Below, piece by piece: positions 32,660 to 44,056 of a DNA stretch of 64,000 bases; within the stretch, counting starts at the first letter, position 1; every line of letters starts with the position of its first letter. The translations under genes were made by a program, and so were the position numbers. The stretch covers positions 1 to 64,000 of the forward strand of contig CAZCRK010000003.1 in the NCBI GenBank assembly GCA_964501035.1, read 5' to 3'. Below the pieces are notes generated by a model. It searched no databases. It was not told the DNA's origin and saw only the letters and a list, made by a program, of their open reading frames with translations.

Positions 32660-33210
32660 TTTACATTTTCTAATAAAATTGAATGGATATCCGTACTTGT
32701 TCCAATTTCTGGATGAAATGAGCAAGCTATATGTTTGCCATCTGTAACACAAACTGGTTCATTATTGTAAGATGCAAGCACTTTTAAATCTTTGTGTATA
32801 CTCGTTATTTTTGGAGCTCTAATAAATGTCGCCTTAATTTTTTTTCCTTTAAGTTTAATAGTATCGACAAAGGAATTTACTTGTCTACCCCACCCATTTC
32901 TTTCAACTGAATAATTCATTATTCCAAGAGTTGTAACATTTTTTGTTGAGCTATTTGACGAGAGCATTATCATTCCTGCACAGGTTCCCAAAACTGGTTT
33001 TTGTTTTGCAAAAATTTTGATTGGTTCTCGTAACTTATTTGCAGTAAATAAATTTGACATTGTTGTTGATTCTCCACCTGGTAAAATAAGTGCATCACAA
33101 TTTGCCAACTCTTCAGAATATCTAATTTGAATGGATTCAACATTAAGTTCAGCTAACTTTGTTTGATGTTGCTGGTAATTTCCCTGCATGGCTAAAACAC
33201 CAACTTTCAC
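32656..33210 (-). CDS. pdxT: PLP synthase glutaminase subunit
   Basis: GVLAMQG, LPGGESTT, GTCAGMI, RNGWGRQ, FIRAP, SFHPE. Confidence 0.96.
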   Translation of the reverse strand: MKVGVLAMQGNYQQHQTKLAELNVESIQIRYSEELANCDALILPGGESTTMSNLFTANKLREPIKIFAKQKPVLGTCAGMIMLSSNSSTKNVTTLGIMNYSVERNGWGRQVNSFVDTIKLKGKKIKATFIRAPKITSIHKDLKVLASYNNEPVCVTDGKHIACSFHPEIGTSTDIHSILLENVK

Positions 33211-34091
33211 TACCAACCACGCTCTTGCAACATTTGATCATCAGGAATCTCTGAGATATCTAAACCTTTCATTGCAGATTGTAAACCTGATGAAATGTCG
33301 GCAAGTTTTGCAGGGTCATTAAAATATGTAGTTGCATTTACTACTGCTTTAGCACGTGCTTCAGGGTCATCGGATTTAAATATTCCAGAACCAACAAATA
33401 CAGATTCAGCACCTAATTGCATCATTAGAGCAGCATCAGCTGGTGTAGCAATTCCGCCAGCACTAAAATTTGGCACGGGTAATTTTCCTAATTTTGCAAC
33501 TTGTTCAACCAAAGCATAGGGAGCTTGCAAATCACGAGCTTTTGCCATTAATTGTGTAGAATCTAAAGTGGTCAGTTCATTAATATCATTTATTATAGTT
33601 CGCATATGTCTAACAGCTTCAACAATATTTCCAGATCCTGCTTCACCTTTTGTGCGTATCATTGCAGCACCCTCACCAATTCTACGAAGTGCTTCTCCCA
33701 AATTTCGTGCACCACATACAAATGGAACTTTAAAGTCATGTTTATATACATGATTGTTTTCATCGGCTGGTGTTAAAACTTCACTTTCATCAATAAAATC
33801 TACTTCAATCGCTTCTAGTATTTGTGCTTCAACAAAATGGCCAATTCTACATTTTGCCATAACTGGAATCGTTACAGCTTTTTGAATTTCCTGAATCATA
33901 CTTGGATTCGACATTCTAGAAATACCACCATCTCTTCGTATATCTGCCGGGATGCGTTCTAAGGCCATAACAGCTGCTGCACCCGAATCCTCTGCAATCT
34001 TGGCTTGGTCTACATTAGTAACATCCATAATTACACCACCTTTTAACATTTCTGCCAAACCTACTTTAATCTCAAAAGTACCTTTTTTCAT
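33210..34091 (-). CDS. pdxS: PLP synthase lyase subunit
   Basis: [43 protein letters not shown]. Confidence 0.98.
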   Translation of the reverse strand: MKKGTFEIKVGLAEMLKGGVIMDVTNVDQAKIAEDSGAAAVMALERIPADIRRDGGISRMSNPSMIQEIQKAVTIPVMAKCRIGHFVEAQILEAIEVDFIDESEVLTPADENNHVYKHDFKVPFVCGARNLGEALRRIGEGAAMIRTKGEAGSGNIVEAVRHMRTIINDINELTTLDSTQLMAKARDLQAPYALVEQVAKLGKLPVPNFSAGGIATPADAALMMQLGAESVFVGSGIFKSDDPEARAKAVVNATTYFNDPAKLADISSGLQSAMKGLDISEIPDDQMLQERGW

Positions 34092-34936
34092 TTTTCTATC
34101 CCCTTTGATATATTTAATATTTCATCTTTAACCTCACCAATTAAATATTCTGGTGTTGAAGCTCCTGCAGATATTCCGACTGTTTCAACATCTGTGAACC
34201 ATTCATGTTTTAAATCTTTTGACTTTTCTACTTGATAAGAATTTTTATTTCTTTCAAGAGACAACTCAGTTAGTCTTTTTGAGTTTGCACTAGTAAATGA
34301 TCCTATAATTATCATTATGTCATTTTGGGTAGCTAACTCTTTAATTTGCTCTTGATTCCGTTTTGTGGGATAACAAATTGTATTTACAAAATGTAAATCT
34401 GATGTTTTGGTTAATAAGACGTTTATAATTTTTTGTACATTTTCAATCATTTGTGTAGATTGCGATACTATGCCAATGGATTTCATTTTTTTTAATGCCA
34501 TTGCCTCTTCTTCTGTTGCTATTACAATTGCATTTTTGACCTGATCTGCAATTGCAATTACTTCGTCGTGTCCATGATCGCCTATTATAATAATTTTTCT
34601 TCCATCTTTTTCAAGTTTTATTACTTCATGATGAATTTCATGAACTAAAGGACAGGTTGCATCTATGATATTTAAATTATTTTGTTTTGCTTTGCTCCAG
34701 GTATCATTTACGGTTCCATGCGCTCTAAATAATACTGGGCTATTTTTTGGAATATCACTTAGTGATTTAACAACTTTTGTTCCTGCATTTGCTAAATCTT
34801 CAACAACACGTTCATTGTGAACAATATCCCCTAGCATATACACATCACCAAACTCGTCAGTACTGTCATAAGCAGTATTCACAGCATCCCTTACCCCAGA
34901 GCAATACCCAGCATCTTTGGCAATAGTAATTCTCAC
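34088..34936 (-). CDS. ispH: 4-hydroxy-3-methylbut-2-enyl diphosphate reductase
   Basis: [42 protein letters not shown]. Confidence 0.95.
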   Translation of the reverse strand: MRITIAKDAGYCSGVRDAVNTAYDSTDEFGDVYMLGDIVHNERVVEDLANAGTKVVKSLSDIPKNSPVLFRAHGTVNDTWSKAKQNNLNIIDATCPLVHEIHHEVIKLEKDGRKIIIIGDHGHDEVIAIADQVKNAIVIATEEEAMALKKMKSIGIVSQSTQMIENVQKIINVLLTKTSDLHFVNTICYPTKRNQEQIKELATQNDIMIIIGSFTSANSKRLTELSLERNKNSYQVEKSKDLKHEWFTDVETVGISAGASTPEYLIGEVKDEILNISKGIEK

Positions 34937-35499
34937 TTATCGGCTTTCATTCTTGGTAATGTTATTCCGGATTGCCCTTGATATTTTCCTGCTTTATCTT
35001 TGTAAGAAATCCTACAATCCTCATCTGATTCAAAAAACAAGACTTGACATAACCCTTCATTTGAATAAATTTTGGCTGGTAGCGGAGTTGTATTTGAAAT
35101 TTCTAACGTAACATAGCCCTCCCATTCTGGTTCAAATGGAGTAACATTCACTATAATTCCACATCGAGCATAAGTTGATTTTCCTACGCAAATAGTAAGT
35201 ACATTTCGTGGGATTTTAAAATACTCAACACTTCTTGCAAGGGCAAAACTATTTGGTGGAACAATGCAAACATCACCTTTAAAATCAACAAAGGACTCCT
35301 TTACAAATTTTTTAGGATCAATTACACTATTGTTTACATTCGTAAAAATTTTATATTCATCAGCTACCCTAATATCATACCCATAGGAAGATACTCCATA
35401 TGAAATCATGCCATTTCTCACCTGTTTTGAAACATAAGGAGATATCATTTCATTTTCTAAGGACATATTTTCTATCCAATTATCACTTTTAATTGCCAA
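34933..35499 (-). CDS. dcd: dCTP deaminase
   Basis: [35 protein letters not shown]. Confidence 0.97.
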   Translation of the reverse strand: MAIKSDNWIENMSLENEMISPYVSKQVRNGMISYGVSSYGYDIRVADEYKIFTNVNNSVIDPKKFVKESFVDFKGDVCIVPPNSFALARSVEYFKIPRNVLTICVGKSTYARCGIIVNVTPFEPEWEGYVTLEISNTTPLPAKIYSNEGLCQVLFFESDEDCRISYKDKAGKYQGQSGITLPRMKADK

Positions 35500-36507
35500 T
35501 TATTTTAATCCTTTCAACTCTAGTAATTCTTTAATCTTTATAATAACTATTTCAGATGAAACATCAACTACTTTTGCACCTGCAGCAAACTTATGTCCTC
35601 CACCATCAAAATATTGAGCAATATCATTCACAATAATTTTTCCTCTAGAGCGAAAGCTAATTTTAACGCTATTATCTGGTAATTCAATTAGAACAAAAGA
35701 AACTTCAATCCCTTTGATTGTTCGGAGAAAATCAGCAGTACCATCTGTATCAGCAGGTGATGCACTAGATAGATTGAACATTTCTTGAGTTATTACAACC
35801 CATGCTACCTTATTATCATTCGAATATTGTACAGATTGTATAACCAAGGCCATTAAAGCAACTTGATGCTTTTCACGTTGTTCATAAATTGAGCTATATA
35901 TTTCATACGGATCAACTCCACATGAAATCAAATTGGATGCCATCGCATGACAAAATGGGCTTGTAGAACTATATCTAAATGATCCTGTATCAGTAAGCAA
36001 AGCTGTATAAAGTGCTTTTGCTATATTGAGAGGGTAACCATCTGAATACATACCTGTATAATTTAAATAATCCCAAACTAAGATACCAGTTGATGAAGCA
36101 TCACTATCTACAACTGCTACTTCAAATCCTTTGTGATCCGATGGATGATGATCAATGGTTACTGATTTTATCTTATTTTTTACTAGTATTGGATAAATAT
36201 CTCTTAACCTTTGAGTACTCCCAATATCAAAAACGATTGCTAAATCAATATTTTTTATCCACGTGTCATGTGATGTTGAATATTGCTCAACAATTGAATC
36301 TGGATTAATTATATCATACATATGGGGAAACTTTGAATCATTTATAATCCTGCATTCCTTATCTAACTCATTTAAATAATGATAAAATGCAATTTGTGAC
36401 CCTAGACCATCTCCATCTGGATTTACATGTGTGGATAGCAATATTTTATCAGCACTTTGTATAAGCGTTTGAATATTTTGCCAATCTTTTTCGTGAATTC
36501 TCTTCAT
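35500..36507 (-). CDS. nrnA: DHH-family oligoribonuclease/PAP phosphatase
   Basis: HVNPDGDGLGS, IDHH, TDTGSFRY, SFRS, GGGHKFAAG. Confidence 0.92.
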   Translation of the reverse strand: MKRIHEKDWQNIQTLIQSADKILLSTHVNPDGDGLGSQIAFYHYLNELDKECRIINDSKFPHMYDIINPDSIVEQYSTSHDTWIKNIDLAIVFDIGSTQRLRDIYPILVKNKIKSVTIDHHPSDHKGFEVAVVDSDASSTGILVWDYLNYTGMYSDGYPLNIAKALYTALLTDTGSFRYSSTSPFCHAMASNLISCGVDPYEIYSSIYEQREKHQVALMALVIQSVQYSNDNKVAWVVITQEMFNLSSASPADTDGTADFLRTIKGIEVSFVLIELPDNSVKISFRSRGKIIVNDIAQYFDGGGHKFAAGAKVVDVSSEIVIIKIKELLELKGLK

Positions 36508-36519
36508 AAATAAACGACT

Positions 36520-36548
36520 AATTTAGGATAAATCTAAATTTATTTCAA
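36520..36548 (-). promoter_or_regulatory. Putative sigma70-type promoter of the nrnA-dcd-ispH-pdxST-dxs operon
   Basis: TTGAAA-N17-TAAATT, ending 12 nt before the ATG. Confidence 0.55.
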
Positions 36549-36592
36549 AAGGAAGTATATTGTTATTTAGAAGAATATTTAAGATGAATAAA

Positions 36593-37036
36593 TTATTCAG
36601 GAACAACTAAAACTGGGATATTTGAATTTTCAATAACATTATTCGTAGTTGTACCTAATAAATAATCTGCTAAACCATCGCGACCATTAGTCCCTATGAC
36701 AATTAAATCTGATTGTAATTCTTCAGCTACATTTATGATTTCTTTTGATGGTTTGCCTTCTCTTAGAAGTACATGTACTTTAATATCTTCTGCATGTAAT
36801 TCGGTAATTAACTTTTTCATTTTATTTTTTGAATCCAAAGCTATACTTCTGTATTTTTCTTGCAGATTATCAACACTGACTCTGCTCATAATCAACTCAT
36901 CTTTAGATTGAAATTCTTCATGAACATTTAACAAAGTAATTTCAGAACCAAACTGGTGAGCTAAAACTACTGCCTTTGTAAATGCTAACTCAGCTTTATG
37001 ACTTAAATCTGTTGGTACAAGTATATGCTTAAACAA
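36593..37036 (-). CDS. Universal stress protein (TTG start at 37036)
   Basis: AAGGAG SD; FKHILVPTDLS, DLIVIGTNGR, LLGTTTNNVI...PVLVV. Confidence 0.92.
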   Translation of the reverse strand: MFKHILVPTDLSHKAELAFTKAVVLAHQFGSEITLLNVHEEFQSKDELIMSRVSVDNLQEKYRSIALDSKNKMKKLITELHAEDIKVHVLLREGKPSKEIINVAEELQSDLIVIGTNGRDGLADYLLGTTTNNVIENSNIPVLVVPE

Positions 37037-37047
37037 TTTGATTCTCC

Positions 37048-38568
37048 TTAAAATAATATAAAAGTAACGAATATATATATAGGGATAAGTATTAGTGTCG
37101 ACCATCCCATAAATCCAAAGAAACTTGGCATTTTAATTTTATTTTCCTCTGCAATTGATTTGACCATAAAATTAGGTGCATTTCCAATATAAGTATTCGC
37201 ACCCATAAAGACTGCCCCGGCAGAGATCGCTAATAAAGTTTGAGACAATTCGCCCATTAATTGCACAGCATTACCACCAGCAGTATTAAAAAATACAACG
37301 TAAGTTGGTGCATTATCAAGGAAACTAGATAATATACCAGTACACCAAAAATACATGATATTTACAGGATTTCCATTGGAAGAAACTAGATTTATAACAG
37401 GTGCTAGTGCCCCGTGAGAACCAGCTTTCAATATTGCAATAGCTGGAACCATCGTTAAGAAGATAGTGGCAAACAATTTTGCTACTTCTAAAATAGGCTC
37501 CCATGTAAAACCATTACCTGTTCGTGCAGAAGATCTTATGGGAGTAATTAATAATGATGTATATGTGACTAAAAGTAATATTATAATCTGTGTTAGAGTT
37601 CCAATTGTCATCATTGGTGTATGAAACAGTGAAATGGCAGTATCAGCTGAATTAGTTATATCAGAATGCCACACACCTGATAGAATAACTGCACCAATTA
37701 CAACTGGTAATAAAAAGAGATTATTTTTGCCTTCTAAACCAAGTTTGATTGTAGAATCGTCGTTAGGAATTGATTTTTCCTTTTTTATCATTATTGAATC
37801 TAAAACAAAATAAATGACTAATAAAATTGATGCTGTCATAATCATGGGAAACAGCATATGTTTGGTTGTCCAAAAGAAAGAAACTCCCTTTAAAAATCCT
37901 AGAAACAATGGAGGGTCACCTAATGGAGTCAACGAACCACCAATATTTGCAACTAAAAAGATAAAGAATACTATTGTGTGTACTTGATATTTTCTCCAGG
38001 AATTTGCTTTAATAAGTGGACGTATCAAAAGCATTGCAGCACCTGTTGTACCCATCCATGATGCAAGCAGAGTACCAATCAACAATATAGATGTGTTTAC
38101 TATAGGAGACCCTCTTAAGGAACCAGTTAATCTGATACCGCCAGACACAGTATAAAGTGCTAAAAGTAGAACAATAAAAGGAATAAACTCACCTAGATAC
38201 ACTTCTGACAAATAGAAGAATGCCATTGAGGTACCATTTGCAATCCAAAAAGAAATGAAAAACAAAAGTCCCCACATCAATGAAATTTTCCCATAATTGT
38301 GATGCCACAAAGTTGGGGCAATCAATGGAAGAATAGCAATAGATAGAAGAATACCAATAAATGGGATAATCCAAAATAAAGAAACATGTGCACCATCTAA
38401 ATGGACAGAATGATGTGAGTTATGTTTACTATCTTGCGAATGAGAATCTATCTGTTCTTTTTTAGTTATATGTGTGTGAGAAACATTATCTTCTGTTGCA
38501 AACAAACTTGTGCAAAATATACTTGTAAGAATTGAAAAAAGTAAAACTGTAATAAATCTGTTATTCAT
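37048..38568 (-). CDS. Putative Na+/H+ antiporter or ion transporter (IT superfamily, DUF1646-like) with His-rich N-terminus
   Basis: Many TMs; ANIGGSLTPLGDPPLFLG, SSFLDNAPTY, GANTYIGNAPNFMV. Confidence 0.8.
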   Translation of the reverse strand: MNNRFITVLLFSILTSIFCTSLFATEDNVSHTHITKKEQIDSHSQDSKHNSHHSVHLDGAHVSLFWIIPFIGILLSIAILPLIAPTLWHHNYGKISLMWGLLFFISFWIANGTSMAFFYLSEVYLGEFIPFIVLLLALYTVSGGIRLTGSLRGSPIVNTSILLIGTLLASWMGTTGAAMLLIRPLIKANSWRKYQVHTIVFFIFLVANIGGSLTPLGDPPLFLGFLKGVSFFWTTKHMLFPMIMTASILLVIYFVLDSIMIKKEKSIPNDDSTIKLGLEGKNNLFLLPVVIGAVILSGVWHSDITNSADTAISLFHTPMMTIGTLTQIIILLLVTYTSLLITPIRSSARTGNGFTWEPILEVAKLFATIFLTMVPAIAILKAGSHGALAPVINLVSSNGNPVNIMYFWCTGILSSFLDNAPTYVVFFNTAGGNAVQLMGELSQTLLAISAGAVFMGANTYIGNAPNFMVKSIAEENKIKMPSFFGFMGWSTLILIPIYIFVTFILF

Positions 38569-38614
38569 AAATAATCCTAAATACTAACCCTTATTTCGTG
38601 TGTAAATTACAACC

Positions 38615-38779
38615 ATGACTACGTTAATAATTACGGTTATAATTTTATTAATTTCTGTTTTATTGATGGCAATTGGTACCATTTTTTCTGGACGTAATCT
38701 AAAAGGTTCTTGTGGTGGAACTGGGAAAGATTGTAGTTGCTCCAATACAGACCAAAATTCGTGCTCAAATTCACATTAA
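38615..38779 (+). CDS. nqrM: Na+-NQR maturation factor NqrM (54 aa, absent from ORF track)
   Basis: MTTLIITVIILLISVLLMAIGTIFSGRNLKGSCGGTGKDCSCSNTDQNSCSNSH: one TM, GSCGG motif, four Cys; abuts apbE. Confidence 0.8.
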   Translation: MTTLIITVIILLISVLLMAIGTIFSGRNLKGSCGGTGKDCSCSNTDQNSCSNSH

Positions 38780-39792
38780 ATTTCATATTTGGAAAACCCA
38801 CTGGATTTAAATTCTACTAAAGTACTATCACTTTGAGCTTCTATTAAGTAACATTCAATATTGTCTAGTGATTCAACAAGTTCCAAACCTTCTTTAACAC
38901 CTAACACCATAACTGAAGTAGCTAAAGCATCAGCGTCAATGCAGTTTGGGGCTATAATTGTTGCACTAACTAGAGCATGGTCAACTGGATATCCAGTTAC
39001 TGGGTTTATTGTATGTGAATACACACGGCCATTATGCTTAAAAAAATTATTATAACTCCCAGAAGTTGCAATTGAAGCATTTTCTAAATATAATTTATTT
39101 TGCAATCCTTTAATTGGATTTTGTATTCCAATTGCCCAATGTGTGTTATGATCCTTCAACCCATGGCAACGGACTTCTCCTCCTATTTCAATCATAAAAT
39201 TATAAACTGAGTGGTTCAAAAGATATTCAGAGATTTTATCCACCCCATAACCTTTTGCAATTGCACTCATATCTAATTCAACGTCAGATTTTTTTATTAT
39301 GTCATTATTTTGCAATTTTACTTTTTGCAATCCAACTTGATTTAAAGTTTCTTGAACAAGTGTACTATCGGGCGGTGATTGTATAGATTCTTTATTTCCA
39401 AACCCCCACAGTTGTACTAAAGGATGTACTGTAATGTCAAAAGCACTTTTAGATAATTTGTAGTAAGATTTAGATTTGTTAAAAACATATTTAAACTCAT
39501 CAGAAACAGTAAAATTAATATTATTGTTTACATTTGATATTTCACTATCAGATATATAAGTTGAAAATATTTGATTTATTGATATTAAAGTAGAATCAAT
39601 ACCATCAACTAAGTTTCTTTTTTGATATTCATTTAGTTTATCTACTATTTTAACTGAATAAGTAGTTCCCATTGTAAAACCCGAAATCAAATAGGGATTA
39701 TTGACCTGCGAACTACAAGATAAAATAAATAAAAAAAGAAAGCTCGAAAACAATCGAACTTTCTTTTTTACTGAGAATTTTGCGCTAATCAT
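38776..39792 (-). CDS. apbE: FAD:protein FMN transferase ApbE
   Basis: Lipobox ILSC, MGTTY, DMSAIAKGYGVD, ATSGSY, ADALAT. Confidence 0.96.
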   Translation of the reverse strand: MISAKFSVKKKVRLFSSFLFLFILSCSSQVNNPYLISGFTMGTTYSVKIVDKLNEYQKRNLVDGIDSTLISINQIFSTYISDSEISNVNNNINFTVSDEFKYVFNKSKSYYKLSKSAFDITVHPLVQLWGFGNKESIQSPPDSTLVQETLNQVGLQKVKLQNNDIIKKSDVELDMSAIAKGYGVDKISEYLLNHSVYNFMIEIGGEVRCHGLKDHNTHWAIGIQNPIKGLQNKLYLENASIATSGSYNNFFKHNGRVYSHTINPVTGYPVDHALVSATIIAPNCIDADALATSVMVLGVKEGLELVESLDNIECYLIEAQSDSTLVEFKSSGFSKYEI

Positions 39793-41015
39793 TAAAACTT
39801 ATCGTAAGCAATCATTTCTGCTTCAACACCAATATTGTAAAGCATATTATCAACAGCATCAATCATCATTGGTGGACCACACATATAATATTCTATTTCT
39901 GTTGGGTCTTCATGATCTTTTAAATAACCATCGTGTAAAACCTGATGAATAAAACCTGTAGGACCATCCCAGTTATCTTCTGGTGCAGCATCAGATAAGG
40001 CAACAATATACCTGAAGTTAGGAAATTCAGCTGCAATTTTTTTGAAATCTTCATCATAGAACATTTCTCGTTTAGATCTTGCACCATAATAAAAGGATAC
40101 TTTACGACCCGTTTTTAAGGTATGAAACAAATGGAATAAATGAGAACGCATTGGTGCCATACCTGCACCACCACCAATGTACACCATTTCTCTCTCTGTT
40201 TCTTTTATAAAAAATTCACCATAAGGTCCAGATACAGTTACTTTATCACCAGGTTTTAAATTAAAAATATAGGAAGAAGATATGCCAGGAGGAACATCAT
40301 TCCATAGATTTGGTGGAGGGGTTGCAATTCGCACATTTAACATGACAATATTGCCCTCAGCTGGGTGATTCGCCATTGAATAAGCTCTAAAAATAGGTTC
40401 TTCATTTTTATGCTTTAAATCCCAAATGTTATACTTATCCCAGTCTTCATGATATTCATCTTCGATATCCATTGTATTAAATTTAATATCATATTCGGGG
40501 ATATCAATTTGAATATAGCCACCAGCTTCAAACTTCAACTCTTCACCTGCAGGTAATTCCAATATTAGCTCTTTAATAAAAGTAGCAACATTATAATTTG
40601 AACGAACAGTACATTCCCATTTTTGAATATTAAAAATTTCATCAGGAATTTGCACGTCCATATCTTCTCTAACTTTAACTTGACACGCAAGACGTATATT
40701 TTCTCTGGCTTCTTGTCGGGAAACATGATTCAGTTCTGTTGGCAGTATTTGTCCTCCACCTGAATGTACTTTGCATGTACACATGCCACATGTACCACCC
40801 CCACCACACGCTGATGGTAAAAATATTTTTTGATTGGATAAAGTTGTTAACAATGTTGATCCAGGACTAACAGAAGGAGATTTTTCATTATCTCCATTTA
40901 TCAATATTTTCACGGCACCTTGAGGTAATAATTTTTTTTCTGCTATATTGAGAATTGTAACTAACAAAATAATGATAATAACAAAAACAATAACTGATGA
41001 TAAAGTAATAATCAT
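39792..41015 (-). CDS. nqrF: Na+-NQR subunit F
   Basis: [42 protein letters not shown]. Confidence 0.98.
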   Translation of the reverse strand: MIITLSSVIVFVIIIILLVTILNIAEKKLLPQGAVKILINGDNEKSPSVSPGSTLLTTLSNQKIFLPSACGGGGTCGMCTCKVHSGGGQILPTELNHVSRQEARENIRLACQVKVREDMDVQIPDEIFNIQKWECTVRSNYNVATFIKELILELPAGEELKFEAGGYIQIDIPEYDIKFNTMDIEDEYHEDWDKYNIWDLKHKNEEPIFRAYSMANHPAEGNIVMLNVRIATPPPNLWNDVPPGISSSYIFNLKPGDKVTVSGPYGEFFIKETEREMVYIGGGAGMAPMRSHLFHLFHTLKTGRKVSFYYGARSKREMFYDEDFKKIAAEFPNFRYIVALSDAAPEDNWDGPTGFIHQVLHDGYLKDHEDPTEIEYYMCGPPMMIDAVDNMLYNIGVEAEMIAYDKF

Positions 41016-41026
41016 TTAATTTCTTT

Positions 41027-41653
41027 CTATAAATTTATTCCAGAAAATGACATATAAGCCATGGATACTAAGCCTGTAAGAATCATAGCAATACCTAACC
41101 CTTTTAATCCGTTTGGAACATTAGAATATTTAAGTTTATATCTAATCGTAGCCATTGTTAAAATAGCTAGGAAAAATCCAAAACCTGCACTAATACCATA
41201 TACTACAGATTCACCGAACTGATAGCTTCGCTCAACCATAAACAACGAAGACCCCAATATTGCACAGTTTACTGCAATCAAAGGTAAAAATATTCCAAGA
41301 GCTTGATATAACTTTGGACTAAACTTATCTAAAATCATTTCAACTAATTGAACCATAGCAGCTATAGTTGCAATAAATGTAATAAATGTTAAGAAACTTA
41401 AATCAACAGTTTGCAACGCAGGAATTCCTGTCCAACCTAATGCACCATCTGAAAGTAAATACTTCTGAATTAACCAATTTGTAGGAACCGTAATTCCATT
41501 CACAAATACTACAGCAAGACCTAAACCAAAAGATGTGCCAACTTTCTTGGAAATAGCAAGAAATGAACACATTCCCAAAAATGAAGATAATAAAATATTT
41601 TGAATAAATATTGATTCAGTTGCTAAACTTAAATAATGTACAAATAACTCCAT
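41027..41653 (-). CDS. nqrE: Na+-NQR subunit E
   Basis: [21 protein letters not shown]. Confidence 0.96.
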   Translation of the reverse strand: MELFVHYLSLATESIFIQNILLSSFLGMCSFLAISKKVGTSFGLGLAVVFVNGITVPTNWLIQKYLLSDGALGWTGIPALQTVDLSFLTFITFIATIAAMVQLVEMILDKFSPKLYQALGIFLPLIAVNCAILGSSLFMVERSYQFGESVVYGISAGFGFFLAILTMATIRYKLKYSNVPNGLKGLGIAMILTGLVSMAYMSFSGINL

Positions 41654-42271
41654 TTAATTCTCCGTATAACCTGTAATTGTTCTTTGAACCCAAATGATTA
41701 AGCCAAGTACAATAAATGCACCAGGAGCTAAAAGCATTAATCCCATATTTTCATATCCAGCAGCATAAAAAGAATCTGGAATGACATTAATCCCCAATAA
41801 TGCTCCACTACCAAACAATTCTCTAATTGCAGAAACTAGAATAAGGATAATTCCGTAACCTAAACTATTTCCTATTCCATCTAACGCAGAATCTTTTACA
41901 GTATTTTGAAGAGCAAATGCTTCAGCACGTCCCATTACAATACAGTTTGTAATTATTAATCCAACAAAAACTGACAGTTGTTTGCTTATATCAAAAAGAA
42001 ATGCTTTTAATACTTGGTCGGCTAATATAACTAAAGTAGCAATTACAGTAAGCATAACAATAATTCTCACCTTTGATGGAATTAAGTTTCGCATGGATGA
42101 AATTATCATATTAGAAAGTGTTAGTACAGATGTTAAAGCAAGAACCATTACAATTGCAGTATCCATTTTTACTGTAACTGCTAAGGCAGAACAAATACCT
42201 AATACTTGCTTGGTAATTGGATTATTATAAATCAGAGGGTCTGCAAAAACTTTCATTTTCTTATTGGTCAT
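41654..42271 (-). CDS. nqrD: Na+-NQR subunit D
   Basis: NNPI..QVLGICSALAVT, GLIITNCIVMGRAEAFA; GGAG SD before ATG 42271. Confidence 0.96.
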   Translation of the reverse strand: MTNKKMKVFADPLIYNNPITKQVLGICSALAVTVKMDTAIVMVLALTSVLTLSNMIISSMRNLIPSKVRIIVMLTVIATLVILADQVLKAFLFDISKQLSVFVGLIITNCIVMGRAEAFALQNTVKDSALDGIGNSLGYGIILILVSAIRELFGSGALLGINVIPDSFYAAGYENMGLMLLAPGAFIVLGLIIWVQRTITGYTEN

Positions 42272-42908
42272 CAGAATCTCCAGCAATATTTTGAGTTAAA
42301 AATTCTTCATAATTTTTCAAGTTAAATAGTAAAAAATCACTTACTCCTTTGGTTGTCAGTGTTGCTCCACTAATTCCATCTACTTCGTGGTCTGTAACTT
42401 CTGATACTTTTCCTTTATTGATTGCAACTGAGACCAAATTCTGATTTACATCAAAGATTTTTTTGCCTACAAATTGTGAGGTAAACCAATCTTTTTCAAT
42501 TTCTCCACCTAAACCTGGGGTTTCCCCATGTTCAAAAAAAGTTATTCCTTTTACAGTATTCATATCTGGATTTAAAGCTAAAAAACCATTTATTGTTGAC
42601 CATAACCCTTTTCCAGAAACAGGAATAATATAACCTTCTAAATTATTATTTGTTTTACACTCATAATAATTAAGCGAATTTTCGTTTACAAATTTTGATT
42701 CTATGCTTTTACTAAAAATTGACACTACTTCATCTTGAGTCATTGTATCATTATACAAATTCACTACCTTTAAGATATTTTTCTTAGTGTCTAACTCTCT
42801 ATTAAAATCCTGTCGAGATTTTAAACTAGTGGATGCAAATGATAATAAAAGTGCAGCAAGTCCAGTTAAAATGATAATAAATCTGTATGTGTATGCATTA
42901 CTGTGCAT
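42261..42908 (-). CDS. nqrC: Na+-NQR subunit C
   Basis: GKGLWS, HGETPGLGGEI, FMN site DGISGATLT; AGGAG SD before ATG 42908. Confidence 0.95.
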   Translation of the reverse strand: MHSNAYTYRFIIILTGLAALLLSFASTSLKSRQDFNRELDTKKNILKVVNLYNDTMTQDEVVSIFSKSIESKFVNENSLNYYECKTNNNLEGYIIPVSGKGLWSTINGFLALNPDMNTVKGITFFEHGETPGLGGEIEKDWFTSQFVGKKIFDVNQNLVSVAINKGKVSEVTDHEVDGISGATLTTKGVSDFLLFNLKNYEEFLTQNIAGDSDDQ

Positions 42909-44055
42909 ATCGTTTTTGTCTCCTTTTAATATGTGCTCGAAGAACATAATAATCAATCATGGGGGAGAATGCGTTCCCTAGCAAAATTGCAAGCATCATT
43001 CCTTCTGGAAATGCTGGATTTACTGTTCGTATTATAACAGCTAGAATCCCAATTAGTACTCCGTAAATCCATCTTCCTGTATTTGTTTGAGATGCAGTTA
43101 CAGGGTCAGTTGCCATGAAGACCATACCAAAAGCAAACCCACCCATAATTAAATGATATTCCCAAGTTAATTGTAATAATGCATTTGAGCTTGCAGAAGC
43201 CATAAAGTTAAAGATATAAGACATCCCTATCATTCCAAGTAGAGTTCCAAACATAATTCGCCAATTTGCAATTTTTGTAATGAGAAGAATTGCTGCTCCG
43301 ACAAGAATTAATAGTGTAGAAGTTTCACCTATAGATCCCGGTATTAAACCATAAAACATATTATGGCAGGTAAAACCAGCATCGTCTAGAATAGGAACTA
43401 TTGAACTTTGAGTGCTTGCTGCAACTGCTAATGGAGTCGCCTTTGACACACCATCAACTGCAACCCAAACTTTGTCACCTGAAATTGCTCCAGGATAAGC
43501 AAAAAATAAAAATGCCCTTGCAATTAATGCGGGATTAAAAATGTTAAATCCTGTTCCACCAAAAATTTCTTTACCAATAACTACTCCAAAAGATGTTGCA
43601 ACTGCAACCATCCATAGTGGGATTGTTGGAGGAACAATGAGCGGAATTAATAATCCTGTAACTAAAAATCCTTCATTTATTTCATGTTTTCTGACAACAG
43701 CAAAAACTACTTCCCAAAACCCTCCAACAGAATAACTTACAATAATGATGGGAAGTACAAGTTGCAATCCTGAAAGAAAATTTTCCATAATACTACGTGA
43801 ACTGTCTTGTTGATCTTGTTGATAACCAACATTGAAAATACCGAATAACAGGACAGGTAACAATGCAATAACTACAATAAACATAGCGCGTTTTAAGTCT
43901 ACAGCATCACGAACATGAGGTCCGTTTTCTGTTTTGTCTTTTGGTGTATATAAAAATGTATCAGCCATTTCGTACACAGGATACAATTTAGCAAACTTTC
44001 CACCTTTAACAAAGTTTGGTTCAATTTTATCAAGAAAATTTCGTATTAATTTCAT
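42898..44055 (-). CDS. nqrB: Na+-NQR subunit B
   Basis: HVRDAVDLKR, GKEIFGGTG, DGVSKATPL, GSIGETS, FMATDPV. Confidence 0.96.
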   Translation of the reverse strand: MKLIRNFLDKIEPNFVKGGKFAKLYPVYEMADTFLYTPKDKTENGPHVRDAVDLKRAMFIVVIALLPVLLFGIFNVGYQQDQQDSSRSIMENFLSGLQLVLPIIIVSYSVGGFWEVVFAVVRKHEINEGFLVTGLLIPLIVPPTIPLWMVAVATSFGVVIGKEIFGGTGFNIFNPALIARAFLFFAYPGAISGDKVWVAVDGVSKATPLAVAASTQSSIVPILDDAGFTCHNMFYGLIPGSIGETSTLLILVGAAILLITKIANWRIMFGTLLGMIGMSYIFNFMASASSNALLQLTWEYHLIMGGFAFGMVFMATDPVTASQTNTGRWIYGVLIGILAVIIRTVNPAFPEGMMLAILLGNAFSPMIDYYVLRAHIKRRQKRYAQ

Positions 44056-44056
44056 A

